Source: Acanthaster planci (Eukaryota). From it: a DNA stretch of 49,946 nt. The position numbers were made by a program, and so were the translations under genes. The notes beneath the pieces are model-generated. The model did no database searches and was not told the origin of the DNA. It saw nothing but the letters and a program-made list of their open reading frames with translations. The stretch's first letter is position 1. Each line of letters starts with the position of its first letter. The stretch spans positions 926,137 to 976,082 of the forward strand of contig NW_019091360.1 of assembly GCF_001949145.1 (NCBI RefSeq), written 5' to 3'. Of the stretch, positions 13,501 through 26,500 are shown piece after piece.

Positions 13501-14157
13501 ATCGAGAGCTGGAGCCTAGACTGTGCATATTGAGAGGGGTCCCAATGAGATTTGGCCAGGATTGTAGGTAAAAACTGTCAAAAAGTGTGCTCATCAATTT
13601 TTCAGTCGTCTCACAAAGAGTTTAAAAAAGCTGAATTGTTTTTGTTTATAGTTGTGTCACAATCACAGTTCCTTTACTAATAACACCTACACTTGCCAAT
13701 CTAACTTGATAATGCATCCAGAGACACTGCAGATGCACACAGTCTCGTGCAAGTTACCTGTAACAGATCTGTTCAACAGATGTATAAAGAGGTGTGCTGT
13801 ACAGACCTTTCAATATTGTCTGATAGTTCTATGATGTATATGAATCAATGGACATTCCTTTTAGCTAGTTGTAGTCAATAGTAGAGTTGAAAATGTCGGT
13901 GAGGAATGTAACATGAAGGTTTGAGAATTAACAGATTATAAATGTACTTTAGTTTGGTGTTCAGTTGGCAAATTAGATTTTGTAAAGTATTGCAGTTTTA
14001 TCAGTAGTAAATACTGACGCACCAGGAAATTTGTAGTTTCTTGTGTTGAATAATGTACTCCATTATTTTATCCCAAGTTCAAAGGTATCCCTATCTTTTT
14101 GGCGTACTCTTTTGCATTTACAATCCCTGTGTAAAGACTGAATTTGCTAGTGGAATC

Positions 14158-14217
14158 AATGACATGAGTCAAAATGACATGAGTCAAAATGACATGAGTC
14201 AAAATGACATGAGTCAA
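14158..14217 (+). repeat. Perfect tandem repeat, 4 x 15 bp (AATGACATGAGTCAA)
   Basis: Read directly; each unit contains TGAGTCA. Confidence 0.97.
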
Positions 14218-15521
14218 ATCAAATTAAAGATGAATATAAAAACAAATACATAGATGTGCTATTGTTGAATGTTGTGATACCAGAATAAGGTCACTTGGTT
14301 ATTGGGTTGATACATGTATGCTATATTTTTTTTATAAATTATTATTACCGAAAATGGGTCACATGGAAGACATTCCCATAGGAACGTGCACAAAATTTTT
14401 CAAACTTTACCGTCCCATAATTCAATATTCCCTAATCCGATCTTAACCAAACTGTGCATGTTTTCCTTTCAGACCCTAATCTATCATCTCTCAAAATGTG
14501 GACAGTAAAAATTTTCCTCCTTTTGGTAGTTGGAGCATTTGGGAAACATTGAAATGTCTCCCTAATGACCGATGTCTCCCTAATGTTGAAAAATTTACCA
14601 CAAAATGTCACAAATGTGGAAATATTGATGTAACCATCTGGCCATTCTGCAGTTCATGCAATTTGTGGTAGCTACTACAGACTCTCAAGAGCCAAGGTTC
14701 ATTTTCTGAGGAATAGAAAGACGTATAGTGTAGAAGTGTATGGGCAAGTCTATATGAAATGCAAAATACATCATTCACAGGATTATTTGTTTCTTATCAT
14801 TAAAAAGTCATTTCAAAAATGAAAGTGGAAATGATAGGGAGTATTGATACTTTGTAATTCCACTTTAAAAACTTCTTATTTGCAAAAAAAAAGAGTAATG
14901 AGGAATTTCATACTGGAAAGATGAATTTCCATTTATGTAAAGGCTAGTTAGTAACTTGCACATAAAACCTAGTTAAATGAACCCCATATGCATGTGCATG
15001 CCAGAGATTCAATAGGATTGTTGCTTTCTAGATTACTTCATTAGTGAGACTTGTTAGCATGATATCACAGTGACAGCCAGGAGGTTGAAGCTTTTGTTAG
15101 CATTTCCATGGGCTAGTTTGGTCTTCAGACTCTAAAAAACTTGCTGATGTTGCTATCATAGAGTCTAGATCTAGGAACTTGTTGCGAATGCCTTTTATAT
15201 ACAGCAGAGGGTGGACCAATCAGGCAAGTTTGGGTGACACCCGTAGGTTAACCACTTGTTTCTTTGTAATGTACAAATGTAATACAGTTTCAGTTGAACA
15301 ATCGTAATTGTAAGAGCATTTTTGTAAAATCTTGTTGTCATTCACATTTTGCCATTGGTTGCACTGATGTTTCTTAGTCTATACCAGCTGGCGTAACATT
15401 TTTTATTCGCTTTTTTACCCACAAAGGAGTGTATTGATAACCAATTATGTGATAGTGTACCTAAAGGCCAGGTTCCAAATACAGAGATATTCCAACCATC
15501 TATCATTCAAGTGACATTGGG

Positions 15522-15627
15522 CACATATGATCCAAAGGTTGTGATGCAAACTCCAGTTAACTATGCATAATAGTTAACTGGAGTTTTTGCTTGAAACTGC
15601 TTTTCATTAGCCTTTTGGATCGTGTGT
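15522..15627. mobile_element. Short foldback/MITE-like element with internal perfect 17-bp hairpin
   Basis: Outer imperfect IR cacatatgatccaaagg / ccttttggatcgtgtgt; inner aaactccagttaactat (15548-15564) / atagttaactggagttt (15570-15586). Confidence 0.55.
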
Positions 15628-15959
15628 ATTTGTAAGAATGCCTGAATTAATTGCTTGAAACTGTAAATTAGCTTAGGATTAGTTGAAATTCAGTTTGGTT
15701 TGGGTTTTTGGTTAGTTAGGGTGCTGTTGTCATGACATTCTCCAGAGGCTTTTGATGTTTCTTGAAAGTTGTTTTTAGGTTTAGTCTGAACCTCTGTGGT
15801 ACCACACTTATCCAGTATAGTATATTAGTGTATACTAATCCATGGATTTCAACGGTAGTTTACACCCTGTGCAGGTGACCCTGAAACCTGAAATTGGAGG
15901 CCAACCTGCTAATTATGGATTGTAATTAGAGTGTACTTCAAATGAATTACATGGCTAAG

Positions 15960-16426
15960 TGAAGTTGGAATGTGTACGTTGCTGTAACAAGTAGGAAACG
16001 TACATTAATGAAGACTTTCTTTTTTGCTTTAGTGAGATCTTTTTGGTGGGGGTCTTTGAGTTAGGGGAGGGGTTTAGTCCTGGAATGATTGTAAAAGTGA
16101 GTCTTTTGTAGTACTTGAGCTTCAGTATTTTTGAATCAGTGGTAATCATGTGGTTATGCACTGAACTTTATCCTGTAAAGAGATGAGATGTTTACTGATG
16201 TTTACTGCCCATGATGGCTGTACAGCTGAAAATGATTTTGAATTGAAGTTGGAATGTGTACATAGCTGTAACAAGGATACGTACACTGATGAAGACTTTC
16301 TTTGCTTTGTTTTGGAGTTTTGTCACCCGGGGTCTTTTGAGTTTTATTGGTGGGTTAGTCCTGGAATGAGTAAGTACAAATTTATAGTACTTACTCATTC
16401 CAGGACTATTTTGAATAAATAGTACC
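15960..16426 (+). repeat. Two diverged direct copies of a ~180-bp repeat (15960-~16143, 16244-~16426); the second ends in a perfect 22-bp hairpin
   Basis: Shared tgaagttggaatgtgtac...tgaagactttcttt...ggggtcttt...ttagtcctggaatga; hairpin arms 16356-16377 and 16387-16408. Confidence 0.8.
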
Positions 16427-19400
16427 CTGTAGCTTTACTCTGGAATTGATTGATCTTGGACAGACATTGGATGTTACCAGTTCCTCATGATTCATGTGCA
16501 GCTAGAAATGGTAATTTGGTCACTACTCATACAAATTTCTACTCATTTATGTTAAGCGCCAGAATCTAGAAACTGTTTCAAATACGATGTCTGATGTCGA
16601 GGGAAAATTCATTGGTGATGCTTTGTGTTGCAGACAGTGGAAACATTAAAGCTGAATGTATCATATGAATTTTAAATTGGCTGATTTAGTTTGTCAATTT
16701 TTCGCAAACTACAACTGACCTGTGGATCATGTAGTCTTAATCCTCCCCAAAACCCAGAAAAATTCAACCTGGGCAAATAAAAGTCAGTAACATTTCAAGC
16801 AAACGGCTTACCAAAGAATTAATTTATTACCTTCCATTATTCACAGGTGTACAGTTTAACATAAATAATATTTGTGGGGAAATACATTTAAAAAAACTTC
16901 CTTTCAAAATTTTACACAGTTTGTTCCACCATCACTTGACCTGTTGCTGGTAAATGCCTATGGGTTCAACTCGTAATCTTCAGCTAAAAGTAACACTGAC
17001 CCCCCAAAAAAATGAACCAAAAAAAAAAGCCAGCTTCAGTGTTCAGTTACAAGCACAGGGAAAGATAAGTGACATTTTGGTCATGAAAAATCTACAGAGT
17101 GAACTAAAGAAAGCACATTCCAAAAATGAATGTTCTTTCCACATGAAAGGCTTGGTTACCTCCAGTGGAAACAAAAGCGATTCACATAGCCACAACTATT
17201 CAATTTAATGGAGTAGATTGATTTTAATAGATCTCATCTGACTTTGCAATATCCAACAAATTCCTCCCTACCCCCCAAGAATGAGAGTGGAATGATTTCT
17301 ATCATGTCTATCAAAGTCCCCTCAAGTGTTTCCTGTTTGGTAACAACCATGAGCACAGGCCAAAAGCAGCTTTCAGGCCATTGTCAGCGCAATATATAAC
17401 TTACAATTGTTTTCAATTTCTTTTCACTATACAAAATTCAATTTTTTTTCCAAGATGGCTGCTGGCATGAAAATTAAATCAACTTGAAACACTGAGTTTC
17501 TCAGTTTACCCATGTCTTACAGGTAAAAGAATCGTTGAGTCCCTTTTTAACATTTTGTTCTGGCATTACGTACAAACACCATACAGCTTATTTCCTGCAA
17601 TAACAAAAGCAGACCTTGTGGTACAAAAAGAGAAGGCCCTAGCCCTGTACAATCTATGCAATCAGTGTAAGGTATGTCTTTCATCCTAAAGTTACTTGTC
17701 ATGGGACTAAAATATCTGTCACAAATCAAAGTGTATCCTTGAGGTTGCTCATCCCTGGCTCTTTCCCAGATAGCCAAGAGAGATAATCTCAAAGAAAACC
17801 CATTATGAAATTCTCCAAGTAACACATATCTCAAACAATGTACAATTTATATTTGTTGGCGTGATTGATTAATCTGCAGGATCATTCGAACTTTGCACAA
17901 TATGTTGATCTTATTGCACAATTTATTGATAATTCTGCCATCGGCCAATCGCTTTTTCAAATAAGAGACCATGGAAGATAGTTTCAACGGGAGGGAATTT
18001 AAGTTGGAGATTTCGTACAAGATGGACTGATAGCAAAACACAGTTATGCTGATTGACTGATCACCCAACATTCTGTTTACTGCCTACAAGGTGATCAAAA
18101 ATTCCTCATCATTCCTGAATTTCATGAATAGAATGCAATATATGAGAGTTTTTTACAAGGAGCTTTTTGTTCACAGTCACTTTGAAGAAATAGGGAATCA
18201 GCCAAATTTAGTTGGAATATTGATACTTCCAGAATTATGCAAATTTTTCCAGGTTTTGCAAGAATAGGTTGTATTTAGCTTTTCCTGTTTTAGGTTCATG
18301 GAGCAGAAGTGGGAAACATGTATTACACACATTAACAATAAACTACACAACATGTACAGATGTAGGCTTGATGTGGTTAGCTTTGGTGTGACTGCAAGGA
18401 CACATCACAGCCTTCTTTACTTCTTTTAAGGTGTATACAAGATTACATACCAGAAATCCTTATAACTACAATTTGGATACTTCAAACAAGTTCAACAAAG
18501 TTCCACAGCCAGCAAGTGGAACTTAGTTGACTGACTTGGCTGCTTTGTCAAAAAGGCTTGTGATTACATTAGGTTTCAGATACTGCTGTGACTACTAATC
18601 TGATTCTTCAGTTTACCCAGATTTTGAACAAAGCCTTCCCTCCACTATTTTTCAGGCAAACTTAATACTGGTGTCAGTGCTGAGTCAAATCCACCACAAG
18701 TCCCATCACATGCCCCTCAAATATAGTCACAAGACCTTTCTCAAAATCAGAAAATAATCAACAGGGTGAGCAGTGATAACTAGTGATGAACCTGCAATGG
18801 TTTTGACTACAACGTGGACTGGTGTGACAAACATATTGAGCATTTTTGTAGAAGATGAAACAAATCCTGTACAAAATTTCCTGAAAAAGGAGACGAACCT
18901 GTAAGTTTCTAGTTATGAAAAAACAAACCAATATCACCAGAGTTTTTAAAAATAATTATATAAATACAGGGAACATTTGGGTAAAACTTTATATTCTACA
19001 TATGTCAAACCAAGGACAATTACTTATACCATCACAAAAAATAAATATCTTGCCATGATTGACTTGAAAATTACATTTATGTTCTAAGATGTGAAACGTT
19101 ATCTCCATGTATCACCTGCTTTTGCCACACCAAGTTTTAAAAAATTGCACTTGCAAAATATTCAGCTAAAAAAAATTTATTAAAACATATTCATGATTAA
19201 TCTGTATGCATGATTGAACGGGGGAGCAAGTAATGTATGGAAATATTCTCACAAGTCATGTGCCAAGAACTTTGCTGGATATATTTAGCATTTCTATATA
19301 AATAACATATTCGAGGGCTGATTAAAAGCATAAGAACTTAAATTTCACGGACAGGAATTTTGCCTTCCAGTGTGTTTTTCCTTGAAATTGTTCAATCAGT

Positions 19401-19778
19401 ATTTAAAATGTTGAATTACAGTTTAAATGCAGGATTTCAAATTTAAAACTGCTGGATTCAATACTTTCAAAGTGTAGTTATTGACTGCGCGCACATGGAC
19501 CGTAAGTATTGCTAACATTTCTCATCTGAACAGAAAGTGCTCTCATTCTGCATTGGAGACACACCCTTTTGAGTTCCAGTACAAACAGAAAGTGGTGAAA
19601 AGGTCTCATGGCAGCAAAATCCCCCATGAAGATCGGTTTAATACTTTGAAAGAAAAGCCTGCCTTGCACTGAAAGGTGTAAATCAGTGTGTTTTCAAAAC
19701 TTAAACATTTAAAAACAAATATTCAGTTTTTTGTTCACGTCAAGTAGGGATCAATGCTGGAACAACTGTATGGCTTTA

Positions 19779-20036
19779 AGCATTGTTCTCACGAAGGGAC
19801 AGGCAAGTTGATTTTAATGCACGACACATTTTCAAAATACAACACAAGAAAAATTTATCTTATTTGCAAAACTGTGAGAAGTAAAGCTTTCCAACAACTT
19901 CCTGTGATTAAAAGCTTTGTACAGTTCTTGGAAAGCTTAACACTGATAATATGCTAACAATTAGAATGTATACACGAGTGATTTAGCTCATAGTAATTTT
20001 TAAAAATGCCTGTCCCTTTGTGAAAACAAAAATGCT
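19779..20036. mobile_element. MITE-like element with ~27-bp TIRs, plus extra copies of the TIR motif nearby
   Basis: agcattgttctcacgaagggacaggca (19779-19805) is the reverse complement of tgcctgtccctttgtgaaaacaaaaatgct (20007-20036); the motif recurs at ~20106, ~20214 and ~20374. Confidence 0.55.
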
Positions 20037-23000
20037 AGCTGATCAGCTCTCAGCACAATAAGTCTTGCCATATTCATGCACACATGGCTAAGAATGTAAC
20101 AAAAATGCCTGTCCCTTTGTGAAAATGTAAATCTCAGTTACATGTATCTCACTTCGATGCCCTTAAGAGCTCTGGGCATTTGTTCACATTCAAGGGGCAC
20201 ATGACTATGTTTGCATCCCTTCGTGAAAATGTCACCAGCAGCTCCTGAGCATCAGCAATGTCTAGACCCTTTGCATCAGACATATCAGACATCACCTTTT
20301 AACTTTTGCTACTGCTCTGTCAGATTTTTAGTTTTGGGTGCTAGAGCCCCCCCCATAGAACCACACCTGACGCCCATCCCTTCATGAAACAGGTGACAAT
20401 TTGGTCAAATTGTTTTTTCTCGATCAAGGAGGTTTTCCCTGCTGAAGCAAGTAATGGCCCCGAGACAAGCTGCCAGCTTGTATTGAACTTCTCAGATTTC
20501 TGAGATAGAAAACAGTACAATGGCACAATAAAATACTATGAAAGCTAAACTCTTTGGGGCTTTGGGGGGCAAGGAAACCTGTTGAACCAATATACGTGTA
20601 GCATTGTCCACAACAATATTCAGAGTATTGTGGCTGAGCTGTGGAGTGTTATCTACATCAAAATGCTACAATCCAGATGGGCACAGTTTGAAGATTTGGA
20701 ATAATGAACACAAAAATAAACAGATTTGCTGTGCTGGTGGTCACTGTACACGGATGAAACTAAAAAAAGAATTATTACAAAATAAAAAAATAACATTTAT
20801 GTTTTGTAAACAAATGAGAGCACAATTACATACTGGACAGAATGTCCTGTAGATTCAGTCTGATTTGACAACATTGAAATCAAAAAAGTCCTACACTGAT
20901 ACACTAAGCACATAAAATAATTCCCTCACTTTATTTTAACTGATAACACTTCAGATATTTTCTGAGATTTAAAAAAGCTTGAACATTTTCAACCCATTCT
21001 GCATTCTTCCTTCCTCCAAAAAAAGGGAAACAGTCACGAGGTTGTTTAATGATCTAATAGGAAATTAAGATTTGATTTGGGGGTTATTTTTCTGTGCATA
21101 TATGTACTTTACAGTGTGAACTACTGGAATATACAAGGACAACATCATTAAATTGGTCGAAGAATGATCACCTAAAAAGAGAGGTTTTTATGGCCACACG
21201 TGAGGCCACACCATACAGGGGACAACACTGGTAAAGCCAGCCACAGCGGTTAAATGGCCATGATGGGCAAGTGGCTGCACTTGACCACTGACTAGCAGTT
21301 TAAGTGACAGAAGTTGACCGATGATCTCCCTGGCCACATGGCTCCACAGTGATCAGTGGCCAAAATGACCAGATGGCTGGAAAAAAAAGGCAGAGCGTGT
21401 GGACAGATAGCCGTATCTGACAGCCACATTGTACCTGTGACTGCAAAGAACACAACCAAACCTGAAATACATGTAGTGACAATGTCAAGATGGTGCCAGC
21501 CGGACAGTCAAACACAAGAACAGGTGGACTAAGGTACACAGGTGGTTAGACTGCATGGCCTGTGGCCCTAGGGAGGGCAGGTAACCACAGCAGTAAAATG
21601 GAAAGGCCACACACTGATAACACCAGACATGAGGTCACAATATAGATTGAAATGGATTGGATCTAAAGGCCAGTTGGACACCATACAAGCCATTTCTTTC
21701 AATCTACTACTCAACGAAGTACCCGTCAATTCCTAGTAAACTGACTCAAACAATATCAAAAACAAGACTATGGATGTAAACACTTTCAATATTACCAACC
21801 TACTGGCATAATTCATCATACCAGAAGTGCATTTGTGTAATAGTAATTGTTTTATGGAGGGTGTTTACTAATACTCTTGTTAGGTTTAAAGCTAAATCAT
21901 TTCTTTAAACTTTGATCTTTTTGAATAAAGCTCTATATGAATCAAAAACAGAAGTGACTGGAATTATGGCAGGAATGCCATTAGCCTGTGTCACTGTACA
22001 AGAAACCTTACGGCAGAATTCAGGGGAAAAAAGAAAATGCAAATGTGAACCTATATCCAAACTGCCAATTTGGTTTTCACCCAAATGATCATTAACAACC
22101 TTTCAGGTATAAAATGTGAAATCTCTTTTGATATTTCATGAGCCCGGTTTGTGTCTTCAAAATTTCCTTCCTTTCTTTGAAAAATTACTACATTTTTATG
22201 GGTGGTTAAGGCATAGATTCGGGTACAAGGTTGTATAATTTGGAGCCAGTTCCTCACATCAGTTCCTGGGTTACCTGGTTCTGATGCATGGCCCCATGAG
22301 CCTCGAGCTGGACCAAAAGAGGGAGCAATTTTCTTAGCAACGGAGGTTCCCTTGGTCGGAACTGAACTTCACTGGTTCACGAACGACTATAAATGCATGC
22401 ATTACTGTCTCATCACTACCAACAAAATGAACACTCCTGACCAATATGGGTCTTTTCAGCCAATGAGGGGGTGCTTCTGCTTGAGGTGGCATTAACTGGC
22501 GTTAATTTGAATACTTCATTATAATGGGTCTTCTTCAACTTCCCACTAACAAGAGTACTTTCAACACCCTCTGCAATGTTCAAGTGTGAAAACAATTTTT
22601 TTATGCCAAACATTACAATGGCACCAACATACTCCGTAGTAAGCCTAGTCACAGCCACTTATGCAATAAAGCAATCTGTGAGTAACACATGGAAGAATAC
22701 ACCACTTTCTCATATTAAAACAACATTTACGTACTAGCTGGATAATCCAGAATTAGTTATTTTATTCAATTGTGATTTTTGTACATGAAGGGTAAGAGAT
22801 GCATGTTGGAAGGTGAGATAAATGAATATTACCCTAGGACGTAAATATTTGTAGACAAGGAGATGATTTTACACGAGTCATGGGAACCAGCTAACAGACA
22901 TGCACAAATCGCATAACACTTTAGCTGGTACTTTGGTGTCAATGCCAAATGTTAATCTGCTTAGCTAATATGTGTCCTGATAGCTTGACAACATTGGCAT

Positions 23001-23418
23001 CACACTCAGTGACATCCATCCGTAGCTGTCATCTGTAGCATACCAATGACAGCATTGTGATGTCCTTGGGCAGGAGGGGGAAGGGACAATGGGTCAACAT
23101 GTTCACAATCTACAAGCTGGCAAGAAAATGTTCAGTTCAAATGTCAAGACACTCTGTCACTTGTTCTATGACCACCATGAGCATCTCAACTTTCATCCTT
23201 TGTCCCTGGTTCGATTCCACGTCGACCTGGCAAGATAAGTATTACACTGATATGTCTGCCCCACCTGCTTCATCTTCAACATCAAAGGGGAGCTGCCTTG
23301 CCACAAAGATAAAAACTGGTTCACCAAAACCAAAATGCCAGTTTTTTGTTTAGGTACTTGCACTTTTATATGTCCCTGGTTCGAATCCAGACGGATGTGT
23401 GACTCTGCAAGGCAGGTG

Positions 23419-23538
23419 TCATGAGATGATGGCAGCAGTGAACTTGGGGCCTAAGTGAATGCCGTCCATGCTGGAAGAACGCTTCAGGTCCTGGTACATT
23501 TGGTCTCGCGTCTTCTCTTCACAAAGCCTTGAAATAGC
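23419..23538 (-). CDS. CCNY: Cyclin Y terminal coding exon ([39 protein letters not shown])
   Basis: catcctag acceptor, TGA at 23421-23419, conserved AISRLCE and AIIS terminus. Confidence 0.94.
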   Translation of the reverse strand, partial: AISRLCEEKTRDQMYQDLKRSSSMDGIHLGPKFTAAIIS

Positions 23539-26500
23539 CTAGGATGATGGACATAAAAATGATACTAGATGAAAAAACAATCATAATGATAATAAACAAC
23601 AGAAAACTTAAACAGGGGTCGAAGTGAACTTCNNNNNNNNNNNNNNNNNNNNNNNNNNNNNNNNNNNNNNNNNNNNNNNNNNNNNNNNNNNNNNNNNNNN
23701 NNNNNNNNNNNNNNNNNNNNNNNNNNNNNNNNNNNNNNNNNNNNNNNNNNNNNNNNNNNNNNNNNNNNNNNNNNNNNNNNNNNNNNNNNNNNNNNNNNNN
23801 NNNNNNNNNNNNNNNNNNNNNNNNNNNNNNNNNNNNNNNNNNNNNNNNNNNNNNNNNNNNNNNNNNNNNNNNNNNNNNNNNNNNNNNNNNNNNNNNNNNN
23901 NNNNNNNNNNNNNNNNNNNNNNNNNNNNNNNNNNNNNNNNNNNNNNNNNNNNNNNNNNNNNNNNNNNNNNNNNNNNNNNNNNNNNNNNNNNNNNNNNNNN
24001 NNNNNNNNNNNNNNNNNNNNNNNNNNNNNNNNNNNNNNNNNNNNNNNNNNNNNNNNNNNNNNNNNNNNNNNNNNNNNNNNNNNNNNNNNNNNNNNNNNNN
24101 NNNNNNNNNNNNNNNNNNNNNNNNNNNNNNNNNNNNNNNNNTGGGGAAGTGCCAGTATTTTCACAAGTCCCTTTGCATTTCATTATCACAGTGGTGAAGA
24201 CATGCATGCAATATTGCTCGATGCACAGAAGCAAGGCTTCACTGGTTCCTGTTCACCGCACCACTGCCAAAGAGGGCATGATGGTAAAGCAGCAACCACT
24301 CCATGCATCTTGGTCAAAATTGCATGGTAAATTTCACAGTACACCCCCGCAACTCTACAGCTGCACATTAACAAAAATTGATGTCACAGGAAGATTTCTA
24401 CAAGTTTGTAATTCACAGAACTTGATCTGTTGTCTGTATATGTATTTTTTTGTGTTCACAAATTTAATTGGTGGTTATATTACACGTACTAATGATCAGA
24501 CTCGACGCGACGCAACCTGTAAAGGTTTCAATTGTGTCTATGGGAGATAACGTACAACTGGCATTGTTAGAAAATGATACCAGCCAACATACCAGGGCAG
24601 GCACCTGTCACATGTGTATGAGCTGTATGCACGACCATGCAGTGAACAGAATGTCGCGCCATTACATGTCCATGTGGCATTGAATGTTAATACCGTGAAC
24701 TCAAAAGTGCTGCGCCGGTGGTTTGAAACACGAGTCATAAAATGTGATGAAAGTTTTGAAGACGTGGCAATGTTCCTCAAATGACCACTATTCTACTGGG
24801 CCATTGTTTTAGGAGAATGCAGTGGTGGGATGAATTTTTTGTGGCCTCGGGCCAGCGGACCGCTCTTAATTTTGACCCCATTTAAATGAAACAAGTCGTG
24901 GCTAACCTGTTCTCTTAACCACAGAGCCCTTTAATGGTAGAATTTGTCTTACATCAAAACCAAAGATTCAGAGAAAAGCTGACCAGACAAATGGATCTGG
25001 TAACTCCAAAAACTTGCTACCCTGATGAAAACCTTATTATTTCTTTTATTCTATTCTCCTATTCTTCAGTGCCACCTAAACTCTTAAACCAAACCCCAAA
25101 ACCAAACACTTAACCAAAACCCTAAATCAAATCCTCTAACCCAAACTCCAACCCCAAGCCAAAGTAAAACTACCCTTTGACCCAAATGGTAGTTTAAAAT
25201 TGTATGACATTTAATCATGCCTACACAAATGATGAAAGTGAATATAATTATTTTCATTATTTCAAATTTCAGTCACCCCAACAAAATCATCGATAGTTCT
25301 GATATTCCAAAGGTGGCTGACAGTGTAAAAGATTTGCTGACTATTAGTGTATTTTTTTCCCACTAAAAAGGAGAAAATGTATGCTATTGTGAGAAATCTC
25401 AGTGTTCTTGGTACAGTACCTCCAATGTCTGGGCTCTTTCTTTGCTGAGTGGCTCTGAGGGGAAGGAGATTTCATAGGCATCTGCCAGGGCACGCAGATC
25501 AAAGTAGTACTTAGCATAGACACTGGAGGGAACGTTGATGTTGAACTGCACCATCTCAAGAAACTGTCTCTCAAGCTCATTCCTGCAGAATGGAGAGTGG
25601 GGACAGAAAGCAAGACCTTTGAATAGAGACGATACCTGGGGCTAGTACAAATTATGGCTGGCCGTCGGTGTGAAACCGAGAGAATCACCAAGTACCGGTA
25701 ACAAACACAAGTAATAAAATTCAATGAAAACTCTACCCTTTTTGAGACTAATGGTATAATTCTTGTGTCAGCATTAGACTAAAGTTCTGGCAAAGGGCCG
25801 ATACAGTGACTTTGCTCACAATCATGCATATATTAAGTAGGCTTTTAACCACTGTGATTAAAGCCCATCAACCACTCACATGTCTTCTACAGTCAGGTCT
25901 TTCAGTATTTGACAGTAGTCCACATTCCATACGGCTTGATCATCCCACACCTTGGATGCTAGGAGGATTGCTCCCAACACCATTCGCTTCCAGTTAGTAG
26001 GAGTAATGTCTATCTCAGCGTAGGTTAATAACCTCTCCAGATACACCTGAATTTCAAGAATACAGTTTCATTACAGAGTATGCAAATATGTGACTAAATT
26101 TGCCATGATTACTTTAACCAAATGAATTTTTAGGAAATAAGATTTTGGACCTCCCGTGTATACATCACTTCTGCTTGTATTTTGAGATGTTGCCAAGAAT
26201 TGGGTAACTCAAAGCCTACACGTATTATAACATAGCAGTTTGATGGCAACAAACATGACAACCACAATTGAGGTCTACTAAATTTTACCAAAGGTTATTA
26301 TAAACATGATGGTACTTGCCCCAAACCAAATTGCTATCAAATAAAACAACTGAAATCAAATAAACCACATCCACTCTGACCACAAGCACGTCCGGTCCCT
26401 TGCAAACAGAGACAGCCTAATGGGAAAGATTTCAGATGATCCATATGAAGTGTTTCCCCATCACAGAGATGTCGTTGCTATGTAAAAACGTGCTATCTTT

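Noticed and set aside
14053..14253. ORF with NDMSQ repeats / CRISPR-like array
   Set aside because: Simple tandem repeat without spacers in a eukaryotic genome; the peptide repeat is incidental
23160..23395. Possible tRNA genes around the GGTTCGAWTCC motifs
   Set aside because: No acceptor stem, D arm or A box can be formed; kept only as isolated B boxes
23350..23421. Stop-codon readthrough or selenocysteine at CCNY TGA-C (22 further codons)
   Set aside because: The protein ends at the conserved AIIS terminus; the context is not the strong TGA-CTAG motif and no SECIS was recognised
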